Source: an uncultured beta proteobacterium
Lineage (GTDB): Bacteria > Pseudomonadota > Gammaproteobacteria > Burkholderiales > Burkholderiaceae_F
DNA length: 64,000 nucleotides
Direction of reading: 5' to 3'
Assembly (NCBI GenBank): GCA_963847675.1
Contig: CAWKAP010000005.1
Coordinates: forward strand, 292,611-356,610
Part shown: one piece after another, positions 36,241 to 45,046 of the stretch
Layout of the letters: every line of letters starts with the position of its first letter
How positions within the stretch are numbered: the first letter of the stretch is position 1
The notes under the pieces: generated by a model
The model's database searches: none
What the model saw: only the letters and a program-made list of their open reading frames with translations
Told to the model about the DNA's origin: nothing
Program-made: the position numbers and the translations under genes

Positions 36241-37818
36241 TCAGAGCACGTCGGCCGCGTGGTCGGCCAGCCTCGAGCGTTCGCCCCGCTGCAGCGTGAC
36301 GTGGCCCGAGTGCTGCCAGCCCTTGAACCGGTCGACGACGAAGGTCAGCCCCGAACTGCCCTCGGTCAGGTATGGCGTATCGATCTGGGCGATGTTGCCG
36401 AGGCAGACCACCTTGGTGCCGGGCCCGGCGCGCGTGATCAGCGTCTTGATCTGCTTCGGCGTCAGGTTCTGGCACTCGTCGATGATCAGGTACTTGTTGA
36501 GGAAGGTGCGGCCGCGCATGAAGTTCATCGACTTGATGCGGATGCGCGAGCGGAGCAGGTCGATCGTCGCCGCTCGTCCCCACTCGCCGGCGGCGTCGTC
36601 GCCACGGGTGAGCACTTCAAGGTTGTCCTCGAGCGCGCCCATCCACGGCGCCATCTTCTCCTCTTCGGTGCCGGGCAGGAAGCCGATATCCTCGCCGACC
36701 GGCACCGTGGCGCGGGTGACGATGATCTCCGAGTAACGCTTCGTGTCGAGCGTCTGCGCCAGGCCAGCGGCGAGCGCCAGCAGCGTCTTGCCGGTGCCGG
36801 CCTGGCCGATCAGCGTGACGAAGTCGCAGTCGGGGTCCATCAGCAGGTTCAGCGCGAAGCACTGCTCGCGGTTGCGCGCGGTGATTCCCCACACCGCATT
36901 CTTGGCGTGCAGATAGTCGCGCAGCACGCGCAGCACCGCCGTCCTGGCATGGATCTCCTTGACCTGGGCCAGGAACGGCGTGTCGTTGTCGAGGTAGACG
37001 AACTGGTTCACCAGCATGTCGCCGACCTGCGGGCCGGTCACGCGGTAATAAGTGAAGCCGCTGTGCTGCCACGACTCCATGCCCTTGCCGTGGCGGTCCC
37101 AGAAGCTGGCGGGCAGGGCGAGCGATCCGGTGTACAGGACGTCGGTGTCTTCGAGCACCTTGTCGCTGGTGTAATCCTCGGTCGGCAGTCCGAGCGCGCG
37201 CGCCTTGACGCGCATGTTGATGTCCTTCGACACCAGCACCACGTCGCGCCCGGGATGCATGTCCTGCAGCGCGCGCACGACGCCGAGGATCTGGTTGTCG
37301 GCCTTGCCGGCCGGCAGGGTCGACGGCAGCGGCCCGTTGACCGCCGTGGTCTGGAAGTACAGCCGGCCGCCGGCCTCGGCATTACCGAGGCCGGCGAGCG
37401 GGATGCCGTCCTCGATCGGGTTCGTGCAGGCGGCGATCAGCGCGTCGAGCGAGCGGCTGACCTGCCGCGCATTGCGCGCCACCTCGCTCATGCCCTTCTT
37501 GTGCCCGTCGAGTTCCTCCAGCGTCATCATCGGCAGGAACACGTCGTGCTCTTCGAAGCGGAACAGCGACGTGGGATCGTGCATCAGGACGTTGGTATCG
37601 AGCACGAAAAGGCGCGCCGGACCGGCCGATTTCGCCTTGCGCCCGTTGCGCGCCCGGGTTTCGACCAGCGCCAGGCGCGCCGTCGCCGAAGAGGAGGGGG
37701 TTGCCTCCGCGGTACGGTCAGCGCGGGCTTCGACGGGGACGGCGGCGGCCTGGCTCGTGATCTTCGGAATCTGCTTCAGCAGGGTGGCGGGCTTGCTCGG
37801 CGGCTTGGGTAAGGGCAT
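36241..37818 (-). CDS. PhoH2-type protein: N-terminal PIN domain fused to a PhoH-like ATPase
   Basis: PIN start LFVLDTNVLMHDP...LPMMTLEELD, Walker A GQAGTGKTLLALAAG, then VTRATVPVGEDIGFLPGTEEEKMAPW and IIDECQNLTP. About 70 low-complexity residues precede the PIN domain. Confidence 0.88.
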   Translation of the reverse strand: MPLPKPPSKPATLLKQIPKITSQAAAVPVEARADRTAEATPSSSATARLALVETRARNGRKAKSAGPARLFVLDTNVLMHDPTSLFRFEEHDVFLPMMTLEELDGHKKGMSEVARNARQVSRSLDALIAACTNPIEDGIPLAGLGNAEAGGRLYFQTTAVNGPLPSTLPAGKADNQILGVVRALQDMHPGRDVVLVSKDINMRVKARALGLPTEDYTSDKVLEDTDVLYTGSLALPASFWDRHGKGMESWQHSGFTYYRVTGPQVGDMLVNQFVYLDNDTPFLAQVKEIHARTAVLRVLRDYLHAKNAVWGITARNREQCFALNLLMDPDCDFVTLIGQAGTGKTLLALAAGLAQTLDTKRYSEIIVTRATVPVGEDIGFLPGTEEEKMAPWMGALEDNLEVLTRGDDAAGEWGRAATIDLLRSRIRIKSMNFMRGRTFLNKYLIIDECQNLTPKQIKTLITRAGPGTKVVCLGNIAQIDTPYLTEGSSGLTFVVDRFKGWQHSGHVTLQRGERSRLADHAADVL

Positions 37819-37851
37819 GTAGTAGTGAGGCTCGGGGGAGGAGGTTCGGTC

Positions 37852-38313
37852 CTACAGCGACTGGACGCAGGCGAGCACTTCGTCGACGTGGCCCGGCACC
37901 TTGACGCCGCGCCACTCGCGGCGAAGCTTGCCCTCGCCGTCGATCACGAAGGTGCTGCGCTCGATGCCACGCACCTGCTTGCCGTACATGTTCTTCATCT
38001 TCATCACGCTGAAAGCGTCGCACAGCTTTTCTTCGGGATCCGAGATCAGCTCGAACGGGAAGCCCATCTTGGCCTTGAAGTTCTCGTGTGACTTCAGGCT
38101 GTCGCGAGACACGCCCAGCACCACGGCGCCGGCCTTGCCGAACTTCCCGTGCGCAGCGGCGAAATCGGAGCCCTCCGTGGTGCAGCCCGGCGTGTTGTCT
38201 TTCGGATAGAAATACAGCACGACGGTCTTTCCCTTCAGCGTCGCAAGCCTGACCTTGCCGCCGGTGGACTCGGCGACGAAGTCCGGCACCTTCCTGTCTA
38301 TTGCCAGCGGCAT
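37852..38313 (-). CDS. bcp: thiol peroxidase Bcp (peroxiredoxin Q type)
   Basis: VPDFVAESTGG...VVLYFYPKDNTPGCTTEGSDF...GVSRDSLKSHENFKAKMGFPFELISD, 153 aa. Confidence 0.93.
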   Translation of the reverse strand: MPLAIDRKVPDFVAESTGGKVRLATLKGKTVVLYFYPKDNTPGCTTEGSDFAAAHGKFGKAGAVVLGVSRDSLKSHENFKAKMGFPFELISDPEEKLCDAFSVMKMKNMYGKQVRGIERSTFVIDGEGKLRREWRGVKVPGHVDEVLACVQSL

Positions 38314-38319
38314 CTCTTG

Positions 38320-38745
38320 CTACTCCTCTTGGAAGAAGGCGGCCAGCACGCGCCGCCCCTCGGACATCAGGATGTTGTAGGTGCGGCAGGCAGCCGCCGT
38401 GTCCATGACCTCGAAGCCGACGCCGGCGCGGGCGAGCGTGCCGGCCAGGCGCGGGTGCGGGAAGCGCTGGCGGCGGCCGGTTCCGAGCAGCACGATCTCG
38501 GGGCGCAGTTCCAGCAGGGCGTCGAGGTCCGCCGGGCTCAGCGATTCGAAGGCGCCGGCCTGCCAGCGCTGCACCGGGGCGTCCGGCATCAGCAGCAGGT
38601 GCCCTTCATGGCGCGACTTGTTGACTTCGATGAAGCCCGGCCCGTAGGCAGTGACGGTGTTCAGGCTGGTCGGGGCGTCGGCGTGAAGCTTCAAACGGTC
38701 TCCGCGGATCTCCTCGGGCGCCTCGGGATGCATGCCGTACGGCAA
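38320..38745 (-). CDS. Mth938-domain (DUF498/NDUFAF3-like) protein
   Basis: [24 protein letters not shown]...[17 protein letters not shown]...[26 protein letters not shown]. The start is uncertain: ATG 38745, ATG 38733, or the TTG that gives MKLHAD. Confidence 0.65.
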   Translation of the reverse strand: MPYGMHPEAPEEIRGDRLKLHADAPTSLNTVTAYGPGFIEVNKSRHEGHLLLMPDAPVQRWQAGAFESLSPADLDALLELRPEIVLLGTGRRQRFPHPRLAGTLARAGVGFEVMDTAAACRTYNILMSEGRRVLAAFFQEE

Positions 38746-38857
38746 CGGCGCGAGGGGAATCCGGGTAAATTATGCCCAACGAACTCCCTTGCACAAGCGG
38801 CTCGCGCGCCCTCGTCGGTGCCGGCGCAACAGCGGCCGATCGGCCGAGACTCTGCAA

Positions 38858-40057
38858 ATGGCTGAATTCCCGCGCATCAAGCGCCTGCCCCCCTACGTCT
38901 TCAACATCACGGGCGAACTGAAGATGGCCGCGCGCCGGCGCGGCGAAGACATCATCGACATGAGCATGGGCAACCCGGACGGTCCCACGCCGCAGCACAT
39001 CGTCGACAAGCTCGTCGAGGCCGTTCAGCGGCCGGACACGCACGGTTACTCGGTGTCGAAGGGCATCTATCGGCTGCGCCGCGCGATCGCCAACTGGTAC
39101 CAGACCCGCTACGGGGTCGGCTTCGACCCCGACGCCGAGGCGATCGTCACCATCGGCTCCAAGGAGGGCCTGGCGCACCTGATGCTCGCCACGCTCGACC
39201 GCGGCGACACCGTGCTGGTGCCCAACCCCAGCTACCCGATCCACATCTACGGCGCGATCATCGCCGGCGCCGACATCCGCTCGGTGCGGATGACGCCGGG
39301 CGTGGATTTCTTCGCCGAGCTGGAGCGCGCGATCCGCGAGTCGCTGCCCAAGCCGAAGATGATCGTCGTCGGCTTTCCGAGCAACCCGACCGCGCAGTGC
39401 GTCGACCTCGACTTCCACCAGCGCGTCGTGGCGCTGGCCAGGCAGCACGGCATCTACGTCGTGCACGACCTCGCCTACGCCGACATCACCTTCGATGGCT
39501 GGAGGGCGCCGTCGATCATGCAGGTGCCTGGTGCGCGCGAGGTGGCGGTCGAGTTCTTCACGATGAGCAAGAGCTACAACATGGCCGGCTGGCGGATCGG
39601 CTTCATGGTCGGCAACAAGGAGCTGGTCGCGGCGCTCGCCAGGATCAAGAGCTATCACGACTACGGCAGCTTCACGCCGGTGCAGGTGGCGGCGATCGCC
39701 GCGCTCGAGGGTCCGCAGGACTGCGTCGAGCAGATCCGTCGCGAGTACCAGAAACGCCGCGACGTGCTGGTCAAGGGCCTGCACGAGGCCGGCTGGATGG
39801 TCGAGGTGCCGAAGGCATCGATGTACATCTGGGCCGAAATCCCGCCCGCCTACAAGGCGATGGGATCGCTGGAGTTCGCCAAGAAGGTCCTCGTCGACGC
39901 CAAGGTTGCGGTGTCGCCGGGCATCGGCTTCGGCGACTATGGCGATGATCACGTCCGCTTCGCACTCATCGAGAACGAGCACCGCACCCGGCAGGCGATC
40001 CGCGGCATCAAGGATATGTTCCGCAAGGACGGACTTCTGACGAAGGCGGCGGCCTGA
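38858..40057 (+). CDS. class I/II PLP-dependent aminotransferase (AlaC-like)
   Basis: [11 protein letters not shown]...[21 protein letters not shown], and the PLP-lysine context [17 protein letters not shown]. It lies upstream of hom-thrC. Confidence 0.88.
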   Translation: MAEFPRIKRLPPYVFNITGELKMAARRRGEDIIDMSMGNPDGPTPQHIVDKLVEAVQRPDTHGYSVSKGIYRLRRAIANWYQTRYGVGFDPDAEAIVTIGSKEGLAHLMLATLDRGDTVLVPNPSYPIHIYGAIIAGADIRSVRMTPGVDFFAELERAIRESLPKPKMIVVGFPSNPTAQCVDLDFHQRVVALARQHGIYVVHDLAYADITFDGWRAPSIMQVPGAREVAVEFFTMSKSYNMAGWRIGFMVGNKELVAALARIKSYHDYGSFTPVQVAAIAALEGPQDCVEQIRREYQKRRDVLVKGLHEAGWMVEVPKASMYIWAEIPPAYKAMGSLEFAKKVLVDAKVAVSPGIGFGDYGDDHVRFALIENEHRTRQAIRGIKDMFRKDGLLTKAAA

Positions 40058-40104
40058 GCGACATCGAATTTCCGGGGCGCAGCGCGGTCACGGTCAGGAC
40101 TCCC

Positions 40105-41415
40105 ATGCAAAGCATCAAGATCGGCCTTCTCGGCTTTGGCACGGTGGGCCGCGGCGCCTACAACGTGCTGCGGCGAAACCAGCAGGAAATCACGCGCCGC
40201 GCGGGGCGCGGCATCGAAGTCGCCGCGATCGCGGTGCGCAGCGCGGAGAAGGCGCGCGCCGTCGTCGGCGACGCGGTGCCGGTGGTCACCGATCCCGCCC
40301 GCGTGATCGCCCGCGACGACATCGACATCGTGGTCGAACTGATCGGCGGCTACGAGCCGGCGCGGACCCTCGTCCTGGAGGCGATCAACCGCGGCAAGCA
40401 CGTGGTCACGGCCAACAAGGCGATGCTCGCCAAGCATGGCAACGAGATCTTCGAGGCGGCGCGCGCCCGCGGCGTGATGGTCGCCTTCGAGGCGGCGGTC
40501 GCCGGCGGCATACCGATCATCAAGGCGCTGCGCGAGGGGCTCACCGCCAACCGCATCGAGTGGATCGCCGGCATCATCAACGGCACCAGCAACTTCATCC
40601 TGTCGGAGATGCGCGCGCGCGGGCTGCCGTTCGACGCCGTGCTCGCCGAGGCGCAACGGCTGGGCTACGCCGAGGCCGACCCGACCTTCGACGTCGAGGG
40701 CATCGACGCCGCGCACAAGCTGGCGCTGCTTTCCGCGATCGCCTTCGGCGTGCCGATCAACATCGACGCCGCCTACACCGAGGGCATCGCGAAGCTCGCC
40801 GCCGAGGATATCCGCTACGCGGAGCAGCTCGGCTACCGGATCAAGCTGCTCGGCATCACCAAGCGGACCCCGACGGGGATCGAGCTGCGCGTGCATCCGA
40901 CGCTGGTGCCGATCCAGCGGCTGCTCGCCAATGTCGAGGGCGCGATGAACGCGGTGCTGGTCAAGGGTGACGCGGTCGGCGTCACGCTGTACTACGGCAA
41001 AGGTGCCGGCGCCGAGCCGACCGCCTCGGCGGTGGTCGCCGACCTGGTCGACGTCACCCGCATGCACACGGCCGACCCGGAGAACCACGTGCCGCACCTG
41101 GCGTTCCAGCCCGACCACATGGCCGAGCTGCCCTGGCTGCCGATCGACCAGACGGTCACCTCCTACTACTTCCGCATGCGCGTGGCGGACCAGCCGGGCG
41201 TGCTCGCCGACATCACGCGCATCCTCGCCGACGGGCACATCAGCATCGACGCGCTGTTCCAGCGTGAGCCGAGCGAAGGGGAGAACCAGACCGACATCAT
41301 CATGCTGACGCACGATGCGGTCGAGCGCGATGTGGACGCCGCGGTCCGGCGCATCGAGCAGCTGCCCACGGTGCTGGCGCCGGTGATACGCATCCGCCAG
41401 GAAGAGCTGGGTTAG
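40105..41415 (+). CDS. hom: homoserine dehydrogenase
   Basis: IGLLGFGTVGRG, VVTANKAMLA, AAVAGGIPII, GIINGTSNFILSEM, EADPTFDVEGIDAAHKL, and a C-terminal ACT domain. Confidence 0.95.
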   Translation: MQSIKIGLLGFGTVGRGAYNVLRRNQQEITRRAGRGIEVAAIAVRSAEKARAVVGDAVPVVTDPARVIARDDIDIVVELIGGYEPARTLVLEAINRGKHVVTANKAMLAKHGNEIFEAARARGVMVAFEAAVAGGIPIIKALREGLTANRIEWIAGIINGTSNFILSEMRARGLPFDAVLAEAQRLGYAEADPTFDVEGIDAAHKLALLSAIAFGVPINIDAAYTEGIAKLAAEDIRYAEQLGYRIKLLGITKRTPTGIELRVHPTLVPIQRLLANVEGAMNAVLVKGDAVGVTLYYGKGAGAEPTASAVVADLVDVTRMHTADPENHVPHLAFQPDHMAELPWLPIDQTVTSYYFRMRVADQPGVLADITRILADGHISIDALFQREPSEGENQTDIIMLTHDAVERDVDAAVRRIEQLPTVLAPVIRIRQEELG

Positions 41416-41419
41416 TCCG

Positions 41420-42850
41420 GTGAAGTACGTCAGCACGCGCGGCGGCGCACCCGAGGCCACGTTTCTCGACATCCTGCTGAGCGGGCTGGCGCCCGACGGC
41501 GGACTGTATCTGCCGGAGTCCTATCCGAAGGTCGGGCGCGCCGAACTCGACGCATGGCGCGCGCTGCCGTACGCCGGGCTCGCTGCCGCGGTCCTGCGCC
41601 GCTTCATCAGCGACATCCCGGCGGCCGACATCGAGGCGCTCTGCCGGCAGACCTACACCGCGCAGGTCTACGGCCACGGCCGCGCCGACAGCGACACCGC
41701 GCAGATCGCGCCGCTGCGCTGGCTGCAGCCGGGCCTGGCGCTGCTGGAACTGTCCAACGGGCCGACGCTCGCCTTCAAGGACATGGCGATGCAGCTGCTC
41801 GGCGGCCTGTTCGAGTACGCGCTGGCACGCACCGGCGAGCAGCTCAACATCCTCGGCGCGACCTCGGGCGACACCGGATCGGCGGCCGAGTATGCGATGC
41901 GTGGCCGCCCGGCGATCCGGGTCTTCATGCTGTCGCCGCACGGCCGGATGAGCGCGTTCCAGCGCGCGCAGATGTACTCGCTGACGGACGCGAACATCTT
42001 CAACATCGCGATCGAGGGCGTCTTCGACGACTGCCAGGACATGGTCAAGGCCGTGTCCAACGACCTCGAGTTCAAGCGCCGGCTGCACATCGGCACCGTC
42101 AATTCGATCAACTGGGCACGCGTGGTCGCGCAGGTCGTCTACTACTTCAAGGGCTACTTCGCGGCCACCGCCGACAACGACGAACGGGTGTCGTTCGCGG
42201 TGCCGTCGGGCAACTTCGGCAACGTGCTGGCCGGCTGGATCGCGAAACAGATGGGCCTGCCGATCGAGCGGCTGGTGCTCGCGACCAACGAGAACGACGT
42301 GCTCGACGAGTTCTTCCGCACCGGCCGCTATCGCGTGCGCGGCGCCGCCGAGACGCGGGCGACCAGCAGCCCGTCGATGGACATCTCCAAGGCGTCGAAT
42401 TTCGAGCGTTTCGTCTTCGACATCGTCGGCCGCGACGCGGCCACGGTGCGCGCGCTGTGGCGCCGGCTCGACGAGCAGGGCAGCTTCGATCTGTCATCGA
42501 CGCGCCATTGGCAGGCCGTGAAGGACTCCGGGTTCGTCTCCGGCAGCAGCACGCACGTGCGGCGGCTGGTGACGATCCGCGAGTTGCACGCGCGCACCGG
42601 GCTCGTCATCGACCCGCACACGGCCGACGGGGTGAAGGTCGCGCGGGAGCATCTGGTGCAGGGCGTGCCGATGATCTGCCTCGAAACGGCGTTGCCGGCC
42701 AAGTTCGCCGAGACGATCATCGAGGCGATCGGCCGCGAGCCGCCGCGGCCGGCCGGATATGCCGACCTGGAGAAGCGACCGCAGCGCTTCGCGGTTCTGC
42801 CTGCCGACGTGGCGCGGCTGAAGGCCTACCTCGAGGCGCATGCGTGCTGA
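41420..42850 (+). CDS. thrC: threonine synthase
   Basis: KYVSTRGG...GLAPDGGLYLP, the PLP lysine in GPTLAFKDMAMQ, ATSGDTGSAA, and VPSGNFGN. GTG start. Confidence 0.96.
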   Translation: MKYVSTRGGAPEATFLDILLSGLAPDGGLYLPESYPKVGRAELDAWRALPYAGLAAAVLRRFISDIPAADIEALCRQTYTAQVYGHGRADSDTAQIAPLRWLQPGLALLELSNGPTLAFKDMAMQLLGGLFEYALARTGEQLNILGATSGDTGSAAEYAMRGRPAIRVFMLSPHGRMSAFQRAQMYSLTDANIFNIAIEGVFDDCQDMVKAVSNDLEFKRRLHIGTVNSINWARVVAQVVYYFKGYFAATADNDERVSFAVPSGNFGNVLAGWIAKQMGLPIERLVLATNENDVLDEFFRTGRYRVRGAAETRATSSPSMDISKASNFERFVFDIVGRDAATVRALWRRLDEQGSFDLSSTRHWQAVKDSGFVSGSSTHVRRLVTIRELHARTGLVIDPHTADGVKVAREHLVQGVPMICLETALPAKFAETIIEAIGREPPRPAGYADLEKRPQRFAVLPADVARLKAYLEAHAC

Positions 42851-43352
42851 CGCGCCGATGAAGGTCATCGGGTTCATCGGCTACTCGAACACCGGAAAGA
42901 CCACGCTGATCGAGAAGCTGATCCCGATCTTCGTCGCCCGCGGCCTGACCGTGTCGACGGTGAAAAATGCCCACCATGGCTTCGACATGGACCGTCCGGG
43001 CAAGGACTCCTACCGCTACCGGCAGGCGGGCTCGGCGCAGGTGCTGATCGCCACCGCCGAGCGCTGGGCGCTGCTCACCGAAGTGCGCCACGGGCCCGCG
43101 TCGCTCGAGCAACTGATCGCGCAGCTCGCTCCGTGCGACCTGGTGCTGGTCGAGGGCTTCAAGAGCGAAGGACTGTTTCCGCGCATCGAAGTGCGGCGCT
43201 CGGCCAGCACCGAGCCGCCGATCTTCCCGCACGACCCCAACGTGATCGCGGTTGCCGCGGATCACGCGGTCGACACGCGCTTGCCGGTGCTCGACCTGAA
43301 CGACGCCGCTAAGATTGCCGCGTTCATCGCAGAGCACCTCGACCTGAACTGA
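42840..43352 (+). CDS. mobB: molybdopterin-guanine dinucleotide biosynthesis adapter protein MobB
   Basis: P-loop GYSNTGKTTLIEKL, then LVLVEGFK. ATG 42840 overlaps thrC by 11 nt. ATG 42858 (MKVIGFIG...) is an equally good start. Confidence 0.9.
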   Translation: MRADAPMKVIGFIGYSNTGKTTLIEKLIPIFVARGLTVSTVKNAHHGFDMDRPGKDSYRYRQAGSAQVLIATAERWALLTEVRHGPASLEQLIAQLAPCDLVLVEGFKSEGLFPRIEVRRSASTEPPIFPHDPNVIAVAADHAVDTRLPVLDLNDAAKIAAFIAEHLDLN

Positions 43353-44545
43353 TGTTGTCCGTCGAAGAAGCGCTGGCGCGGCTGCTCGCGCAGGCGCACC
43401 GCATCGCCGACGCCGAAACGGTGCCGACGCTCACCGCGAACGGCCGCGTGCTCGCGCAGCCGCTCGTCTCGGCGCTCGACGTTCCGCCGATGGACAACTC
43501 GCAGATGGACGGCTACGCATTGCGCTGCGCCGACGTGCGGTCGGTGCCGACCACCTTGCGAGTGATGCAGCGGATCGCTGCCGGCCACGTCGGCGCGCCG
43601 CTGGCGCCAGGCACCGCAGCACGCATATTCACCGGCGCGCCAGTGCCGCCCGGGGCGGATGCGATCGTCATGCAGGAGGCCGCGACTGCAGCGGGCGACG
43701 AGGTGACGATCGACGAAGTGCCCGTGCCCGGCGCGTGGATCCGTCGCGCCGGATTCGACGTGGCGCGCGGCGCGACGGTGCTGTCTGCCGGCCATCGGCT
43801 GCGGCCGCAGGACTGCGGCCTGGCCGCGTCGATCGGCGTGGCCGAACTCGCGGTCGTGCGGAGGCCGCGGGTGGCGGTGTTCTTCACCGGCGACGAACTG
43901 GTGATGCCCGGCGAGCCGCTGCCGCCGGGCCGCATCTACAACTCCAACCGTTTCGTGCTGCGTGGACTGCTCGAGCGCCTCGGCTGCGAGGCGATCGACC
44001 TGGGCATCGTTCCCGACGACTTCGAGCGCACGCGGCAGATGTTCGTCAAGGCGGCGGAGCGGGCGGATCTGATCGTGACCTCCGGCGGTGTCTCCGTCGG
44101 TGAAGAGGACCACGTCAGGCCGGCGGTGCAGGCGGAGGGGTCGCTCGACCTGTGGCAGATCGCGATGAAGCCGGGCAAGCCGCTCGCCTTCGGCGAAGTC
44201 CGCGGCGTGCCGGTCATCGGCCTGCCGGGCAATCCGGTGTCGAGCTTCGTGACCTTCCTGCTCTTTGCGCGGCCCTTCATCCTGCGCCTGCAGGGCGTGG
44301 CCGAGGTCGCCCCGCGAGCGCTGCCGCTGCGCGCCGATTTCGACTGGCCGAGGGCAGACAAGCGACGCGAGTTTCTACGTGCGCGCGTCAACGATGAAGG
44401 CGGCATCGAACTGTTCGCGAACCAGAACTCGGCCGTGCTGACCTCGACGGCCTGGGCCGATGGCCTCATCGACAATCCCGCCGGCAGCACGATCGTGCGC
44501 GGCGCGACCGTGCGTTACCTGCCGTTCGCGGAGCTGCTCGGATGA
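43352..44545 (+). CDS. moeA: molybdopterin molybdenumtransferase MoeA
   Basis: MLSVEEALARLL, DNSQMDGYALR, FTGAPVPPGADAIVMQE, SGGVSVGEEDHV and GLPGNPVSSFV. The ATG overlaps the mobB stop by 1 nt. Confidence 0.93.
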   Translation: MLSVEEALARLLAQAHRIADAETVPTLTANGRVLAQPLVSALDVPPMDNSQMDGYALRCADVRSVPTTLRVMQRIAAGHVGAPLAPGTAARIFTGAPVPPGADAIVMQEAATAAGDEVTIDEVPVPGAWIRRAGFDVARGATVLSAGHRLRPQDCGLAASIGVAELAVVRRPRVAVFFTGDELVMPGEPLPPGRIYNSNRFVLRGLLERLGCEAIDLGIVPDDFERTRQMFVKAAERADLIVTSGGVSVGEEDHVRPAVQAEGSLDLWQIAMKPGKPLAFGEVRGVPVIGLPGNPVSSFVTFLLFARPFILRLQGVAEVAPRALPLRADFDWPRADKRREFLRARVNDEGGIELFANQNSAVLTSTAWADGLIDNPAGSTIVRGATVRYLPFAELLG

Positions 44546-44799
44546 AGGTCACCGTGCTTTACTTTGCGCGGCTGCGCGAAGCGGTCGGCCGCGACCGCGA
44601 AACGCTGGAACTTCCGCCCGAAGTGGTCACGGTCGGCGCGCTGCGCCAGTGGCTGATCGACCGCGGGTCGCCGTGGACCGAAGCCTTCACCGGCATCCGG
44701 CGCATCCGTGCCGCCGTCGCACAGGACATGGCCGGCGAGGAGACGCTGCTCGCCGAAGGGGCGGAGGTCGCGTTCTTCCCGCCGGTCACCGGAGGCTAG
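44542..44799 (+). CDS. moaD: molybdopterin synthase sulfur-carrier subunit MoaD
   Basis: 85 aa with a ubiquitin-like ThiS/MoaD pattern (MKVTVLYFARLREAVG...) and the obligatory C-terminal Gly-Gly (PPVTGG*). It overlaps the moeA stop (ATGA). Confidence 0.9.
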   Translation: MKVTVLYFARLREAVGRDRETLELPPEVVTVGALRQWLIDRGSPWTEAFTGIRRIRAAVAQDMAGEETLLAEGAEVAFFPPVTGG

Positions 44800-44800
44800 A

Positions 44801-45046
44801 TTGACCAGCCCCCACGCTCACTGCGTTCGCTGCCCCCCGTGGGGGCGCTCAACCCCCTTGGGGCGGCCCGGCAGGGGTTGATGTGAACGGCCCCCGCGCT
44901 CACTGCGTTCGCTGCCCCCCGTGGGGGCGCTCAACCCCCTTGGGGCGGCCCGGCGGGGGTTGATGTGAACGGCCCCCACGCTCACTGCGTTCGCTGCCCC
45001 CCGTGGGGGCGCTCAACCCCCTTGGGGCGGCCCGGCGGGGGTTGAG
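44801..45046 (+). repeat. three head-to-tail copies of an 82-bp GC-rich, hairpin-forming unit filling the moaD-moaE spacer
   Basis: The copies are 44801-44882, 44883-44964 and 44965-45046. Copies 2 and 3 differ at 2 positions. Copy 1 differs from copy 3 at 5 positions, 3 of them in the first 8 nt. Internal inverted repeats are GCCCCC/GGGGGC and TCAACCCCC...GGGGGTTGA. Confidence 0.95.

Noticed and set aside
35699-36736. 345-aa plus-strand ORF running from inside the DUF456-like gene across the convergent intergenic region into phoH2.
   Set aside because: It is out of frame with the membrane protein, antisense to PhoH2 over most of its length, and encodes Arg/Gly/Ala-rich sequence. It is spurious.
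44801-45046. The 82-bp direct repeats, considered as a CRISPR array or as a coding repeat of a larger protein.
   Set aside because: The units are contiguous with no unique spacers, there are only 3 copies, and no cas genes are nearby. The 82-nt period is not a multiple of 3, and each unit contains its own stop, so it cannot be a repeat-protein domain. The 204-aa minus-strand ORF at 44900-45514 is antisense to moaE and is a shadow.
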